Positions 1-8,490 are shown, numbered from the stretch's first letter. The stretch: 64,000 bases of DNA from Parabacteroides sp. (GCA_041798765.1 JBHCAZ010000034.1:9116-73115); one strand, 5' to 3'. Numbers and translations are program-made. Notes: a model not told the origin generated them from the letters alone.

Positions 1-333
1 GCGTTTCACCTTGTTTGCCTTCACCTCTATCTTAAAATTGCCCTCCTGAATAGTAAAATTCATCTGATCCGAGCGGCGAAGCTGCCCGTACTCCGACAGC
101 GTGTCGCGAAAAGCTCCCAGTTCGTCGATGCAGAACTGATGAAGTCCTTTGACCTCTTCCGCCACGCTACGAACTTTGCTTTCCACTTTTTGTACCAATT
201 CGGCCCGAATACCCTCGTAGGCAGCCCTGCGTTCGAGGGCAACACGGTGTTCCTGTTGTTTTTTCTCTTCGAGCATCTGTTCAAGCTCCTTGACCGAATA
301 ATTACTTAAATCTTTCGTTTCAATTGTTTTCAT
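1..333 (-). CDS. DUF3164-like Mu-type phage protein, 3' end outside window
   Basis: Hand-translated from ATG at 333: MKTIETKDLSNYSVKELEQMLEEKKQQEHRVALERRAAYEGIR...FTIQEGNFKIEVKANKVKR, open to position 1; absent from the ORF track because it has no stop in the window. Confidence 0.75.
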   Translation of the reverse strand, partial: MKTIETKDLSNYSVKELEQMLEEKKQQEHRVALERRAAYEGIRAELVQKVESKVRSVAEEVKGLHQFCIDELGAFRDTLSEYGQLRRSDQMNFTIQEGNFKIEVKANKVKR

Positions 334-385
334 TGCTTTTTTATTGTTTGAGTGATTTTACTTGCTATTCTGATATCAGTCGTTT

Positions 386-604
386 TCAAAAATCGTTACA
401 ATTTACATTATAAATCATCTCGCCTCGCATGATCGCTATTCGTATAGCGAGATTATTCAGCTTGCCGATGTTCTTTTCCGTGCAAAAGGCCGGATCGTCG
501 AGCATCCTATCAATCAGTTCATCCATCTCTTTTTCAAGATCGTCGATCTTCTCTTGCCTTCTCTTTTTCATCTCCTCGTTGTAATTTCTGTCCGTGTGTA
601 TCAT
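386..604 (-). CDS. phage hypothetical protein
   Basis: 72-aa ORF tightly packed in the early operon. Confidence 0.7.
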   Translation of the reverse strand: MIHTDRNYNEEMKKRRQEKIDDLEKEMDELIDRMLDDPAFCTEKNIGKLNNLAIRIAIMRGEMIYNVNCNDF

Positions 605-606
605 AA

Positions 607-1107
607 TTAATTTTTCCCAAGAAAATAATCCAGTTCGGGATTTCCATTTATATCCACCTTATTGCGCTTGCAATACAAGTTGTAAATAGCCGACAATCGA
701 GACTCCGGGATCGCATTGAATTCACTGCAATTAGCGGCACGACAGGCAATACCGATCACGTATCGTATCTTGTCTGTATTAGATAAAAACGTATATCCCA
801 TCTTGTCCACGTATTTACAGATAGCCGCTATTACCCGCTTGCGGGCTATGTCTACACTATCCTCGTAGCGAGCCTTACGCTGTTCGCGACCGCCTTTCAT
901 TGCTTCGATCATAAGACTGTATTCGCGGGGGTACTTAGTGTACATTTCCGATAGCGATATTGTCCGCCCTCCGCTGTGTTCATACACAATACCCTCCTTA
1001 ATCACCTCCTTGTAGCGAGGATCGTAACCCGGCGTCTCCTTGATCAGCGTCCAGAACAAGCCGTGCGAAGGAGTACGCTTCTTGATTTGTCTCTTTATTG
1101 TTGCCAT
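607..1107 (-). CDS. phage hypothetical protein
   Basis: 166-aa ORF with 2-4 nt spacing to neighbours. Confidence 0.8.
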   Translation of the reverse strand: MATIKRQIKKRTPSHGLFWTLIKETPGYDPRYKEVIKEGIVYEHSGGRTISLSEMYTKYPREYSLMIEAMKGGREQRKARYEDSVDIARKRVIAAICKYVDKMGYTFLSNTDKIRYVIGIACRAANCSEFNAIPESRLSAIYNLYCKRNKVDINGNPELDYFLGKN

Positions 1108-1111
1108 AATA

Positions 1112-1768
1112 TTATTCCTCCATGTGTTGATTATACAATTGTTCTCCCCAAAAGAGAGCGGCTTTTTCTTCCCAGATAATAAAAGGTTTTTGTTTTTGTC
1201 CTTTATCTAAAAAGCGACTTTTAGCATCAGCCTTGAAAGCTTCTATGTAAATTTTACAATTGCTGTCGTATCGTATATTGTCTGCTATACTGCCCTTCGG
1301 TTTTTTTCCTTCAGCGTGACTGATAAAGACAAAAAGCTTACGGGGAAATTTCTTACGTAGATCCATATATAAATCATATCCTATTTTAGAGTACTGAAGA
1401 GAATCTACAATAATAATGTCCCAGCTTTTAGGTTGCTCCAGCCTATCGATAATCTCTTGTATTTCCATGTCGCAAACAAGAACCAATCTTCCGTTCACTT
1501 CCATCATGTTCACATCTTCAAACGAACGCTGCAAAGAAAGACTATCGCCCTCCTCCCAACTAAGGTATGCGACACGCCCGAAATTACAGAGATACTTCGC
1601 TAAACGGCAAGCAAAACTTGTTTTTCCACTTCCGCTCGCCCCCCATATGATCCATGACCCGGAAAGAGCAGGTCTACCGAGCAAATCATACCACGGACCT
1701 TCAAAGTCCATAGATTTCTTTTTGCTTGTCAAAAATTGCCTGACCCCTAATATCTTTGCCATAATCAA
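1112..1768 (-). CDS. RecA/RadA-like P-loop ATPase
   Basis: Walker A GASGSGKT, Walker B IIIVDS, FVFISH motif. Confidence 0.82.
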   Translation of the reverse strand: MIMAKILGVRQFLTSKKKSMDFEGPWYDLLGRPALSGSWIIWGASGSGKTSFACRLAKYLCNFGRVAYLSWEEGDSLSLQRSFEDVNMMEVNGRLVLVCDMEIQEIIDRLEQPKSWDIIIVDSLQYSKIGYDLYMDLRKKFPRKLFVFISHAEGKKPKGSIADNIRYDSNCKIYIEAFKADAKSRFLDKGQKQKPFIIWEEKAALFWGEQLYNQHMEE

Positions 1769-2697
1769 AATGTATTTAATTGATTTGCCAACTGTTCACG
1801 TTTTATCATGCGCATCAGGCGCCGCAGATCTTCACAGAAAAACACTCTTTTCTCTTTCGTCTCGCCTTTTTTGTTTTGCACTTTGACTAAGCGCTTTACT
1901 TTTTCAATTTCATTCCACAGACGGGACGCAGCCTCTTCTTTCAGTCCGTTTGCGGTACAGATGTCTATCACGTCATTTTCCGTTGCCCCCGGAAGCTCGA
2001 TATAAGAACGACCCAGACGGCTGTCTATCTCATCATAACCCTTCGTATTATTACGTACGCCACGGGCAATCTCCTTGTGTAAGTTCTCGGTTCCGGCCAG
2101 CACACACCCTAAACGGTGTTCCGTGCGATTATAAAGAGGAATCAGCTTTCGGAAAGCAGCCGGCTTTAATTTATCCGCCTCGTCAATAACCAGGACAGGC
2201 TTTTCCGGGGACATGCCATTCAAATATTCGGAGATAAGTTTAAGAAGTGTGGGGATGTCCGTATAGCCGCGTTTGGGAATACCGCAGGTACGGGCCGCCA
2301 GTTCCATCAAAAACTGTCGAGAGTTCCACTCTTCCGCTTGAATAAATATGATACTGCCGGTAAGATCGGAATTAAAAAGATGCTCCAGGGTCTGGGTCTT
2401 TCCGCTTCCGGCTTTATTACTGATAGCCATCCACATGCTTTGTTGTTTACATGATTGTAACACAAAAGCGATCTTTTGATAATTCCGGATAGTCGTTACT
2501 ACCTGCCATCCGTCTTCACAATAACCAAGCGCCCCGGATATTTTTTTATCCAGCTCCGTCGTGCCAGCCCCATACTTCCCGTTCATCCAGAGACTGAGAG
2601 AGGAGGAACTGATCCCGCATTTCTCTGCCACTTTGTTTTGTGACCCCAAACGGGAAATCCAATCGTTCACATGTTTTAATAATCCGTTCCTGTTCAT
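1765..2697 (-). CDS. MuB-like transposition AAA+ ATPase with N-terminal HTH
   Basis: HTH SQNKVAEKCGISSSSLSLWMNGKY, Walker A AGSGKT, Walker B VLVIDEAD; directly downstream of transposase. Confidence 0.9.
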   Translation of the reverse strand: MNRNGLLKHVNDWISRLGSQNKVAEKCGISSSSLSLWMNGKYGAGTTELDKKISGALGYCEDGWQVVTTIRNYQKIAFVLQSCKQQSMWMAISNKAGSGKTQTLEHLFNSDLTGSIIFIQAEEWNSRQFLMELAARTCGIPKRGYTDIPTLLKLISEYLNGMSPEKPVLVIDEADKLKPAAFRKLIPLYNRTEHRLGCVLAGTENLHKEIARGVRNNTKGYDEIDSRLGRSYIELPGATENDVIDICTANGLKEEAASRLWNEIEKVKRLVKVQNKKGETKEKRVFFCEDLRRLMRMIKREQLANQLNTF

Positions 2698-2711
2698 ATT
2701 TTAAGTACTAT

Positions 2712-4781
2712 TTAAAAATCTTTTAAAAACTCCTGTTCCCCACTTATGACCTCAAAACCGTCATCTTCCCCCCATACAGTCTCGTTTATCGGGAGTACGA
2801 CTTTTTCCTTTCTCTCACGCAGCTCGTTTTTGACGTCTTTATGCCTACCAAGACTGTCTGTTATAACATGGGCTGTCAAGGTGGAAGACAGACGGTCGGA
2901 ATGTTCTTCGAAAAAACCTCTGACAATGTCGCCGGATTCCTTTCGTTTCAAGATAATATCATCAACCATATCCTGATTAAACCGGCGTATACGCATTAGC
3001 TCTCCCATATCCTCCGGTTTACGATCCATCAAGGCCATCGGTTGTTCATATTTCCGTTCAAGTACGAATCGCAACGAACCCTCTTTCGGTTCCTTGGCCG
3101 TACCGGCATTCTCTACCGCCAATACCTTATCCATATCGGACGGATCGTATTTCAGAAAAAAACCAATATGGCCGTAGTTCCGAAATTCGGGATCAAAGCA
3201 GTCATACCAGAACTTTTGTCCGGATATTTGTAACCGGACACCATCGCTATAAATCCGACGGGGGGCAGCCGTTTTGCCGAAAATGTAAAGAAAGTCTGCA
3301 TAATTGAACGGAAGTTTTTTTTCCTGAGGCATATCATTCCAGGCTTTTATAAAGGTATCCCGTTTGGCACGACGGTCCAACTCGATCATCTGTTCGATTT
3401 GCGCACAACAGCCCGAATAATCAGGAAAACTTCTTTTATGTGATGCTATCCAATCATCGCTGATTTGTATTTTTTTGCTGCTTTTCACTCCATGTCCGCT
3501 GCTGTTAGGAAGCAATCTCATATACTTACGGTTAAATCGGTTAAAAAAAGGCTCGATGGTTTTTGCCTTTGCGTTCCCGATAGCGGCAGGGGTATAATAG
3601 CAAGTACAGGATTCATAAAACGATTTCAAGTTCCCGCGGGCATAATTGTCTGTTTGCAGCTGCCAGGGCTTAAAGTAGGAGCCAAACAACTCTCTTACGT
3701 GATCAAAAGCATTACGGAAAGCCTGTCGGATAAGCTCCGTGGATTCATGTAGTCCGATCGCGTATCCGATTATGTACATATTGAAAGGGTCTAAGATCAC
3801 AACCACGGTCGGACGGTTGTGATAGGTCGTGAGGCTTCGCCCGGTTGCCTCGTCAACGATATGTTTTTTATAAAACAACTCCGTGTCCCAACCGTCCACG
3901 CACCAAAAATACATAGGACGGGTAGGCGCAGTACGTTTTACCTGCATAAGCTTGTCGTTTTCCAAGGCCTTCTTTCCAAACCGCCCGGCATAACACTCCG
4001 GATGCTCCTTACGATAGTTGGCGATAGTGCCGGGACTTACCATTTTCCAATCCATCCGTTGAGCAACAGCATTGTATAGCCTCGACACCGTTTCATTGTC
4101 TATGTTACGACCGTCTCCTATCAATTCGATAATCAAGGCCTCCTGTTCCGGCAATTTATCTTTACGGGCATTGTTATTACCATGTTTTCTCGAAATCAAG
4201 GCGATATAACCTTCAGCTTTATAGCGTTCGACCAACCGTTTTAACGATAAATGATTTTTAGGCAAACGACAACCTATCTCTTCCTGCATAGCATTCAATT
4301 CTCGACTGGTTTCCGGCCAAACACGGGTAAACGAACGGTTGTTTGAGTTGATACAAAGGATTCTTTTGGAAGTGAGACGGACGATGGCGTTTAAGACGGA
4401 TGCATTTATCGTGTAACGCTCTGCTACTTCTATCTTCAATCGTTTATCCGCGGGGCCGTCTTTGGGATAAGTCTTATAAAACTGCTCGGCAACCAGGTCC
4501 CGAACAATCATATCTTTCAATACATGCTGTTTTGCATTATTTTCCGGATCGCCATATTTAGCGATGACCTTTTCTTTAACCCGGTCAGGAAGGGAATTAT
4601 AGGCAACAAGAGCCGGCGTACCGTAACAGGCACGGTTGACAACGCGAAACTTTTCCTTTTTTTTATAGTATTTAAAGTTTGCCTGCGTCATGATGGGGCG
4701 TTGCAGCGGATTAGAATCCATAGGATCTCCTCCCGTCAACTCGGCATGAGAGACACATAATATGTTGTTGAAATATTCCAT
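2712..4781 (-). CDS. MuA-like DDE transposase
   Basis: WCVDGWD ... QTDN ... KTIEPFF DDE motifs; start moved to MEYFNN (4781) because the longer ORF runs through a structured RNA element. Confidence 0.92.
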   Translation of the reverse strand: MEYFNNILCVSHAELTGGDPMDSNPLQRPIMTQANFKYYKKKEKFRVVNRACYGTPALVAYNSLPDRVKEKVIAKYGDPENNAKQHVLKDMIVRDLVAEQFYKTYPKDGPADKRLKIEVAERYTINASVLNAIVRLTSKRILCINSNNRSFTRVWPETSRELNAMQEEIGCRLPKNHLSLKRLVERYKAEGYIALISRKHGNNNARKDKLPEQEALIIELIGDGRNIDNETVSRLYNAVAQRMDWKMVSPGTIANYRKEHPECYAGRFGKKALENDKLMQVKRTAPTRPMYFWCVDGWDTELFYKKHIVDEATGRSLTTYHNRPTVVVILDPFNMYIIGYAIGLHESTELIRQAFRNAFDHVRELFGSYFKPWQLQTDNYARGNLKSFYESCTCYYTPAAIGNAKAKTIEPFFNRFNRKYMRLLPNSSGHGVKSSKKIQISDDWIASHKRSFPDYSGCCAQIEQMIELDRRAKRDTFIKAWNDMPQEKKLPFNYADFLYIFGKTAAPRRIYSDGVRLQISGQKFWYDCFDPEFRNYGHIGFFLKYDPSDMDKVLAVENAGTAKEPKEGSLRFVLERKYEQPMALMDRKPEDMGELMRIRRFNQDMVDDIILKRKESGDIVRGFFEEHSDRLSSTLTAHVITDSLGRHKDVKNELRERKEKVVLPINETVWGEDDGFEVISGEQEFLKDF

Positions 4782-4802
4782 ATCTGTTTTTCTTTTTTTT
4801 GT

Positions 4803-4847
4803 TCCCCGTGGCGGAATCGAACCGCCATGCAAGAGCCATTCCGGGGA
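4803..4847 (-). ncRNA. tRNA-like mini element (acceptor stem plus T-arm, no anticodon arm)
   Basis: TCCCCG...GGCGG-TTCGATT-CCGCC-A-CGGGGA on the minus strand. Confidence 0.55.
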
Positions 4848-4918
4848 TACCGCCCTCGTACCGCGGGCCGCGTACCGAATAAACCCAAATCAATCTTACC
4901 TAAAAAACCATCGATTGT

Positions 4919-5140
4919 TTATTCTTCCAACCTCCTGAAGAGGTTGTCCATCTCTTTCCTGCGCTGCCGGGACATCTTTTTGAGTAGGAAAAACCAAACT
5001 CTGGCAGAGATAAACAGTCCCCACGCCTGCCAGGGAATAGGTAGGTTGTTGTCCAATGAAAATTCGATTGTTTGAAGGGCGCCCAATACGAATACGATCA
5101 TAAGCGCAGTCATCGCGATGATAAGTATGTTTGTTTTCAT
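4919..5140 (-). CDS. small phage membrane protein
   Basis: 73 aa, two hydrophobic segments, basic C-tail; 4-nt overlap with upstream gene. Confidence 0.75.
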   Translation of the reverse strand: MKTNILIIAMTALMIVFVLGALQTIEFSLDNNLPIPWQAWGLFISARVWFFLLKKMSRQRRKEMDNLFRRLEE

Positions 5141-5517
5141 TTGATAGCTGATTTAAGGAGTTTTCTCGCTTCTGCTTTTATTTCTTCCACCAGGGCCGGA
5201 CTAATCCGCCCCATCCAGCCGAACCGTTTCTCCAGCAAACGATCCAATACGGCCCAATTTTCCAAACTCACACAGTCGTTGTAGTTGTACCACTGGTTTT
5301 CGCCCGTTGCCGGATCCAGCCCTACGATACCCCAGAACTCTTTTCCGGCAACGCCGATGCGAACCTTACATTCGCCCTTTGCGAGCACTACGCGGAATAC
5401 GGGTCGTTCCTCTTCTTTTTGTCCCGTATAAACCAGCATCCGGAAGTTTACGTCATACGAAGAATCCATGTTGAAAGGGGCTTCGCTGAGTGCTTTATAA
5501 TCTCGTTTCGGTTCCAT
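5137..5517 (-). CDS. phage hypothetical protein
   Basis: 126-aa ORF in early operon. Confidence 0.75.
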   Translation of the reverse strand: MEPKRDYKALSEAPFNMDSSYDVNFRMLVYTGQKEEERPVFRVVLAKGECKVRIGVAGKEFWGIVGLDPATGENQWYNYNDCVSLENWAVLDRLLEKRFGWMGRISPALVEEIKAEARKLLKSAIK

Positions 5518-5629
5518 TTTGAATCCTGTTTAAATGTTTTACAATCAGTTTCCGCCATCGGTCTCGCTCCGGTACTTGCAAGTCGTTGGCTTTCTTGGCG
5601 GGAATAGTCTCGGTCTCGGTTAAATTGCC

Positions 5630-5637
5630 TACCTTTG
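5630..5637 (+). promoter_or_regulatory. Bacteroidetes sigma-A -7 box for the 5666 ORF
   Basis: TACCTTTG matches TAnnTTTG, 28 nt upstream of the ATG. Confidence 0.6.
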
Positions 5638-5665
5638 AGGCTGGCTAAATAAAAATATTGCGATT

Positions 5666-5989
5666 ATGAACTACGAAGAAGAATTAGAACGTCTGAAAAA
5701 TAAGATTGACATTCTATCCATCCAATTATCAGTTGTTGCTTCTAAGCAAAAAACTCTAAATATTGCTCTGTATGACGCCTTAGGCCTCCTCCCTAAAGAA
5801 GAGGCGGAAAAAGTCTATACAAAATATGTCATCTATTTAGAGCGTCATTTTGCCTCAGCGATGAAAGAGATGCATCTACTGAGCAACCATTCAAAAGTTG
5901 ATTTCTCAACTCAGCTGGATCAATATTTCTCAGATATGCCTGAAATGAAGCAATCTCCTTATTATCGGCTCGATCCAAAAGAGGAATAG
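5666..5989 (+). CDS. hypothetical protein (counter-oriented moron)
   Basis: 107-aa AT-rich ORF with own -7 box and AT-rich leader. Confidence 0.7.
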   Translation: MNYEEELERLKNKIDILSIQLSVVASKQKTLNIALYDALGLLPKEEAEKVYTKYVIYLERHFASAMKEMHLLSNHSKVDFSTQLDQYFSDMPEMKQSPYYRLDPKEE

Positions 5990-6683
5990 GCTTAAAATTT
6001 GTATTTCCTAAACTGTTTGCATTCATGTCTTTTTTCCTCCTTATTTTAAAATTGTTACATGCTCCTCTTTCTTCATCCCACTGGATACACATCTGTTCAC
6101 ACACCGGACAGGGGGTCGGATAAAGGATGTTGCGCTTCCGGTTTTTCATTGCCTGTTCGGTAATCTCGCGTATCACATCTCCGCTGACCGATGTCCCGGC
6201 ATACACCTTCTGCACATGGCCAAGCGTCACCTCCAGCAGCAAAGCGACGGAAACCAGCTCTTCGCGGCTGATATAAGGTTTGACACGACCCTTCCATTCG
6301 TCGAAAAACGGGCGAAATTTGGGAAGAGGCAGTCGGGGACGTTCTGGTTTTCCGTTATATGATCCAGTACGACGGATCGAGGGGAGAACTTCGCAGGTCA
6401 CCCATTTACGGAAAGAACGGGCTTCAGGCTTGCGAGATTGAAAGATTAGGTTATAAAGACCTGATTCGTTAACAAACCACATTTCACGTCTTTGACCTGA
6501 TACGAATACTATTCGTGTCAGCTTTTCATCATCATCTAGACGCTTGACCGTGTTACTAACTTCAGACAGTTCCAATGCGGTACACACATCTTTAGCGATA
6601 AACCAAGGCTGGTTGTTGATTTCTTCCATGCGAATGTTCACATTCGACTCTTCATTGTAGAATACCTGTAATTTCGTTTCCAT
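5829..6683 (-). CDS. BRO-N domain antirepressor-like protein with read-through C-terminal extension
   Basis: PWFIAKDVC...VNESGLYNLIFQSRKPEARSFRKWVTCEVLPSIRRTGSY is the BRO-N signature. Confidence 0.88.
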   Translation of the reverse strand: METKLQVFYNEESNVNIRMEEINNQPWFIAKDVCTALELSEVSNTVKRLDDDEKLTRIVFVSGQRREMWFVNESGLYNLIFQSRKPEARSFRKWVTCEVLPSIRRTGSYNGKPERPRLPLPKFRPFFDEWKGRVKPYISREELVSVALLLEVTLGHVQKVYAGTSVSGDVIREITEQAMKNRKRNILYPTPCPVCEQMCIQWDEERGACNNFKIRRKKDMNANSLGNTNFKPIPLLDRADNKEIASFQAYLRNIDPAELRNQLLNGCSVDASLSSLRQNDALNR

Positions 6684-6724
6684 AATGCGCCTAATTTAGA
6701 ATCGTTACATGCTCCTCTTTTTTT
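6041..6724. repeat. ~34-bp imperfect direct repeat at 6041-6074 and 6691-6724 flanking BRO
   Basis: ttattttaaaattgttacatgctcctctttcttc vs ctaatttagaatcgttacatgctcctcttttttt; 17-bp exact core GTTACATGCTCCTCTTT. Confidence 0.9.
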
Positions 6725-6885
6725 ACCGATCCACCAAGCCTGATAGCCATCGCACGGATCTTTTTTGATAGTTCCGTATTTGTCCGGCAATTCAAGGCCA
6801 GACTGACCGTCTCGCGCCGGCACTGGAATATTTCTTCCAGTTTCTTTCTGATTTCTGTGTCTGCTAAAATCTTTGCCATATTCAA
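6691..6885 (-). CDS. small Ner/Cro-like DNA-binding protein
   Basis: 64 aa, HTH-like RKKLEEIFQCRRETVSLALN; first gene divergent from the repressor. Confidence 0.75.
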   Translation of the reverse strand: MNMAKILADTEIRKKLEEIFQCRRETVSLALNCRTNTELSKKIRAMAIRLGGSVKKEEHVTILN

Positions 6886-6949
6886 TATTTAATAATTAAT
6901 ATTTATCTTTACGACGTCACTAACATCAGTTATGACGATGCAATATTAG

Positions 6950-6998
6950 TAGTATATTTTCTAATAAGCAAATATTTTAATAGTAAAAATTCTAATAA
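6950..6998. promoter_or_regulatory. two putative operators in the genetic switch
   Basis: TAGTAtatttTCTAATAA (6950-6967) and TAGTAaaaatTCTAATAA (6981-6998), each with a TAG-N8-CTA dyad. Confidence 0.55.
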
Positions 6999-7001
6999 AT
7001 T

Positions 7002-7712
7002 ATGGGAGTGGTGCAAAGATTGCAGCAATTTATTGATATAAAAGGCATTAGTAAATATAGATTTTATCAAGAATCGGGATTATCTAATGGCTTTTTAGAT
7101 AAGGGAGAGAATATTGGATCTGATAAATGCGAGAAAATTATCTACACATACCCGGAAATTAACATCGATTGGCTTCTCACCGGTCGCGGCTCCATGCTGA
7201 AAAGCGAGTCTGTGCCGCTGATGGGTGAGCAAGAGGGGGAGAAAAAGGATAAATTACCCACGAAAAGGAACCGGATACCTTTTTATGATGATGTCTCGAC
7301 TATCGGAGGGCTGAATGATCGTGTAGCCAACACAGACTCTGCATCTCCAGTCGAATGGATCGATGCCGGCGACTGGTTCCCGGAGGCAACGGCAGCCATT
7401 CGTCACTATGGAGACAGCATGATAGAATATCCAAGCGGTTCTATTCTGGCTTTGAAGCGGGTAAACAACTCGCAACTCATCATGAACGGGCGCAACTACG
7501 TGGTTGAAACCTCGGAATACCGCGTCACCAAACAGCTTCAAAACAAGGGCGATCATTTCATGGCTTACAGCACCAATCGAGAAACCTATCCGGACGGAAA
7601 CCAAATCCACGCCCCATTCTCTGTTCCCAAAGAAGAGGTCAGACATATCTACCTCGTGCTGGGCTGTGTAACAAAAGAATACAGCAACGGAGCAATACAG
7701 ATAATAAAATAA
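7002..7712 (+). CDS. CI/LexA-like repressor (HTH plus S24 peptidase domain)
   Basis: N-terminal HTH ending WLLTGRGSM; YGDSM (Ser) and VTKQL (Lys) S24 motifs. Confidence 0.88.
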   Translation: MGVVQRLQQFIDIKGISKYRFYQESGLSNGFLDKGENIGSDKCEKIIYTYPEINIDWLLTGRGSMLKSESVPLMGEQEGEKKDKLPTKRNRIPFYDDVSTIGGLNDRVANTDSASPVEWIDAGDWFPEATAAIRHYGDSMIEYPSGSILALKRVNNSQLIMNGRNYVVETSEYRVTKQLQNKGDHFMAYSTNRETYPDGNQIHAPFSVPKEEVRHIYLVLGCVTKEYSNGAIQIIK

Positions 7713-7732
7713 GAAAATAAAATTATATCGTA

Positions 7733-8176
7733 ATGAAAATAGCGGAAACAAATGATTTTAACGATCATATTGATAAAGTAGAAAAATATACTAATCTATC
7801 TTCTGATAAACAAGACGCATTTTCGTATAATGTTCTACTTCTATCTTCAAGTATTTTTGGTATTCTAATATCCCTTCACGATAACAAGACAGAACACCTA
7901 TATACTCGGGTGGCATTTTTGATTGCCATTCTTCTTCTTGCACTTGGTATCCTATCGCTTGTAATAATGTTATATGATCGTTCAATGCTTGTAGAACACA
8001 TGCGTCAGAAATACCTGAAAGAACTTGTAAACGCACTAAATAAGAACAAGAAGGTGAATTCTGTTTTCGCCAAGGAAGGAAAAAGGCTGATGATTTGCCG
8101 GAAAATTTCTTATACCATATTGCTATTATCATTGTTTATGCTGATTATTTATACTGCTTTGTCGACTTTTTTATGA
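7733..8176 (+). CDS. phage moron membrane protein
   Basis: 147 aa, three hydrophobic helices, low GC, 20 nt after the repressor. Confidence 0.8.
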   Translation: MKIAETNDFNDHIDKVEKYTNLSSDKQDAFSYNVLLLSSSIFGILISLHDNKTEHLYTRVAFLIAILLLALGILSLVIMLYDRSMLVEHMRQKYLKELVNALNKNKKVNSVFAKEGKRLMICRKISYTILLLSLFMLIIYTALSTFL

Positions 8177-8456
8177 TATCACGTTGGCCTGTTCCTTCAA
8201 TCCTGAAGACAAGACAGGAATCGCTCTAGACCTATTAAAATAGATCATTTCTGTCTCAAATATACTGTTATTTTCGCTAAAACCATAACTTTTAAAATAA
8301 AATATAGCTATAAATCAATTATTTACATAATGAATTAATAACAAAAAACAGCTTAAACAATAGAAATAACCCCCTGCCGATCGACTGTTTTAATATGGTT
8401 TTTAACCGTATTTAACACCGTACCCCCCCCTAAATCGGTATCGTTTTTGCAAAAAA

Positions 8457-8490
8457 ACTATCCCCAACACTATCCCCAACACTATCCCCA
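8457..8490. repeat. 12-bp tandem repeat x2.8
   Basis: ACTATCCCCAAC ACTATCCCCAAC ACTATCCCCA. Confidence 0.95.

Noticed and set aside
60-284. 74-aa minus-strand ORF in the track
   Set aside because: Alternative frame of the more plausible gene starting at 333 and running off the window
4782-4832. N-terminal extension MHGGSIPPRG of the transposase
   Set aside because: Translates the T-arm of the tRNA-like element; MEYF start has a typical A-rich leader
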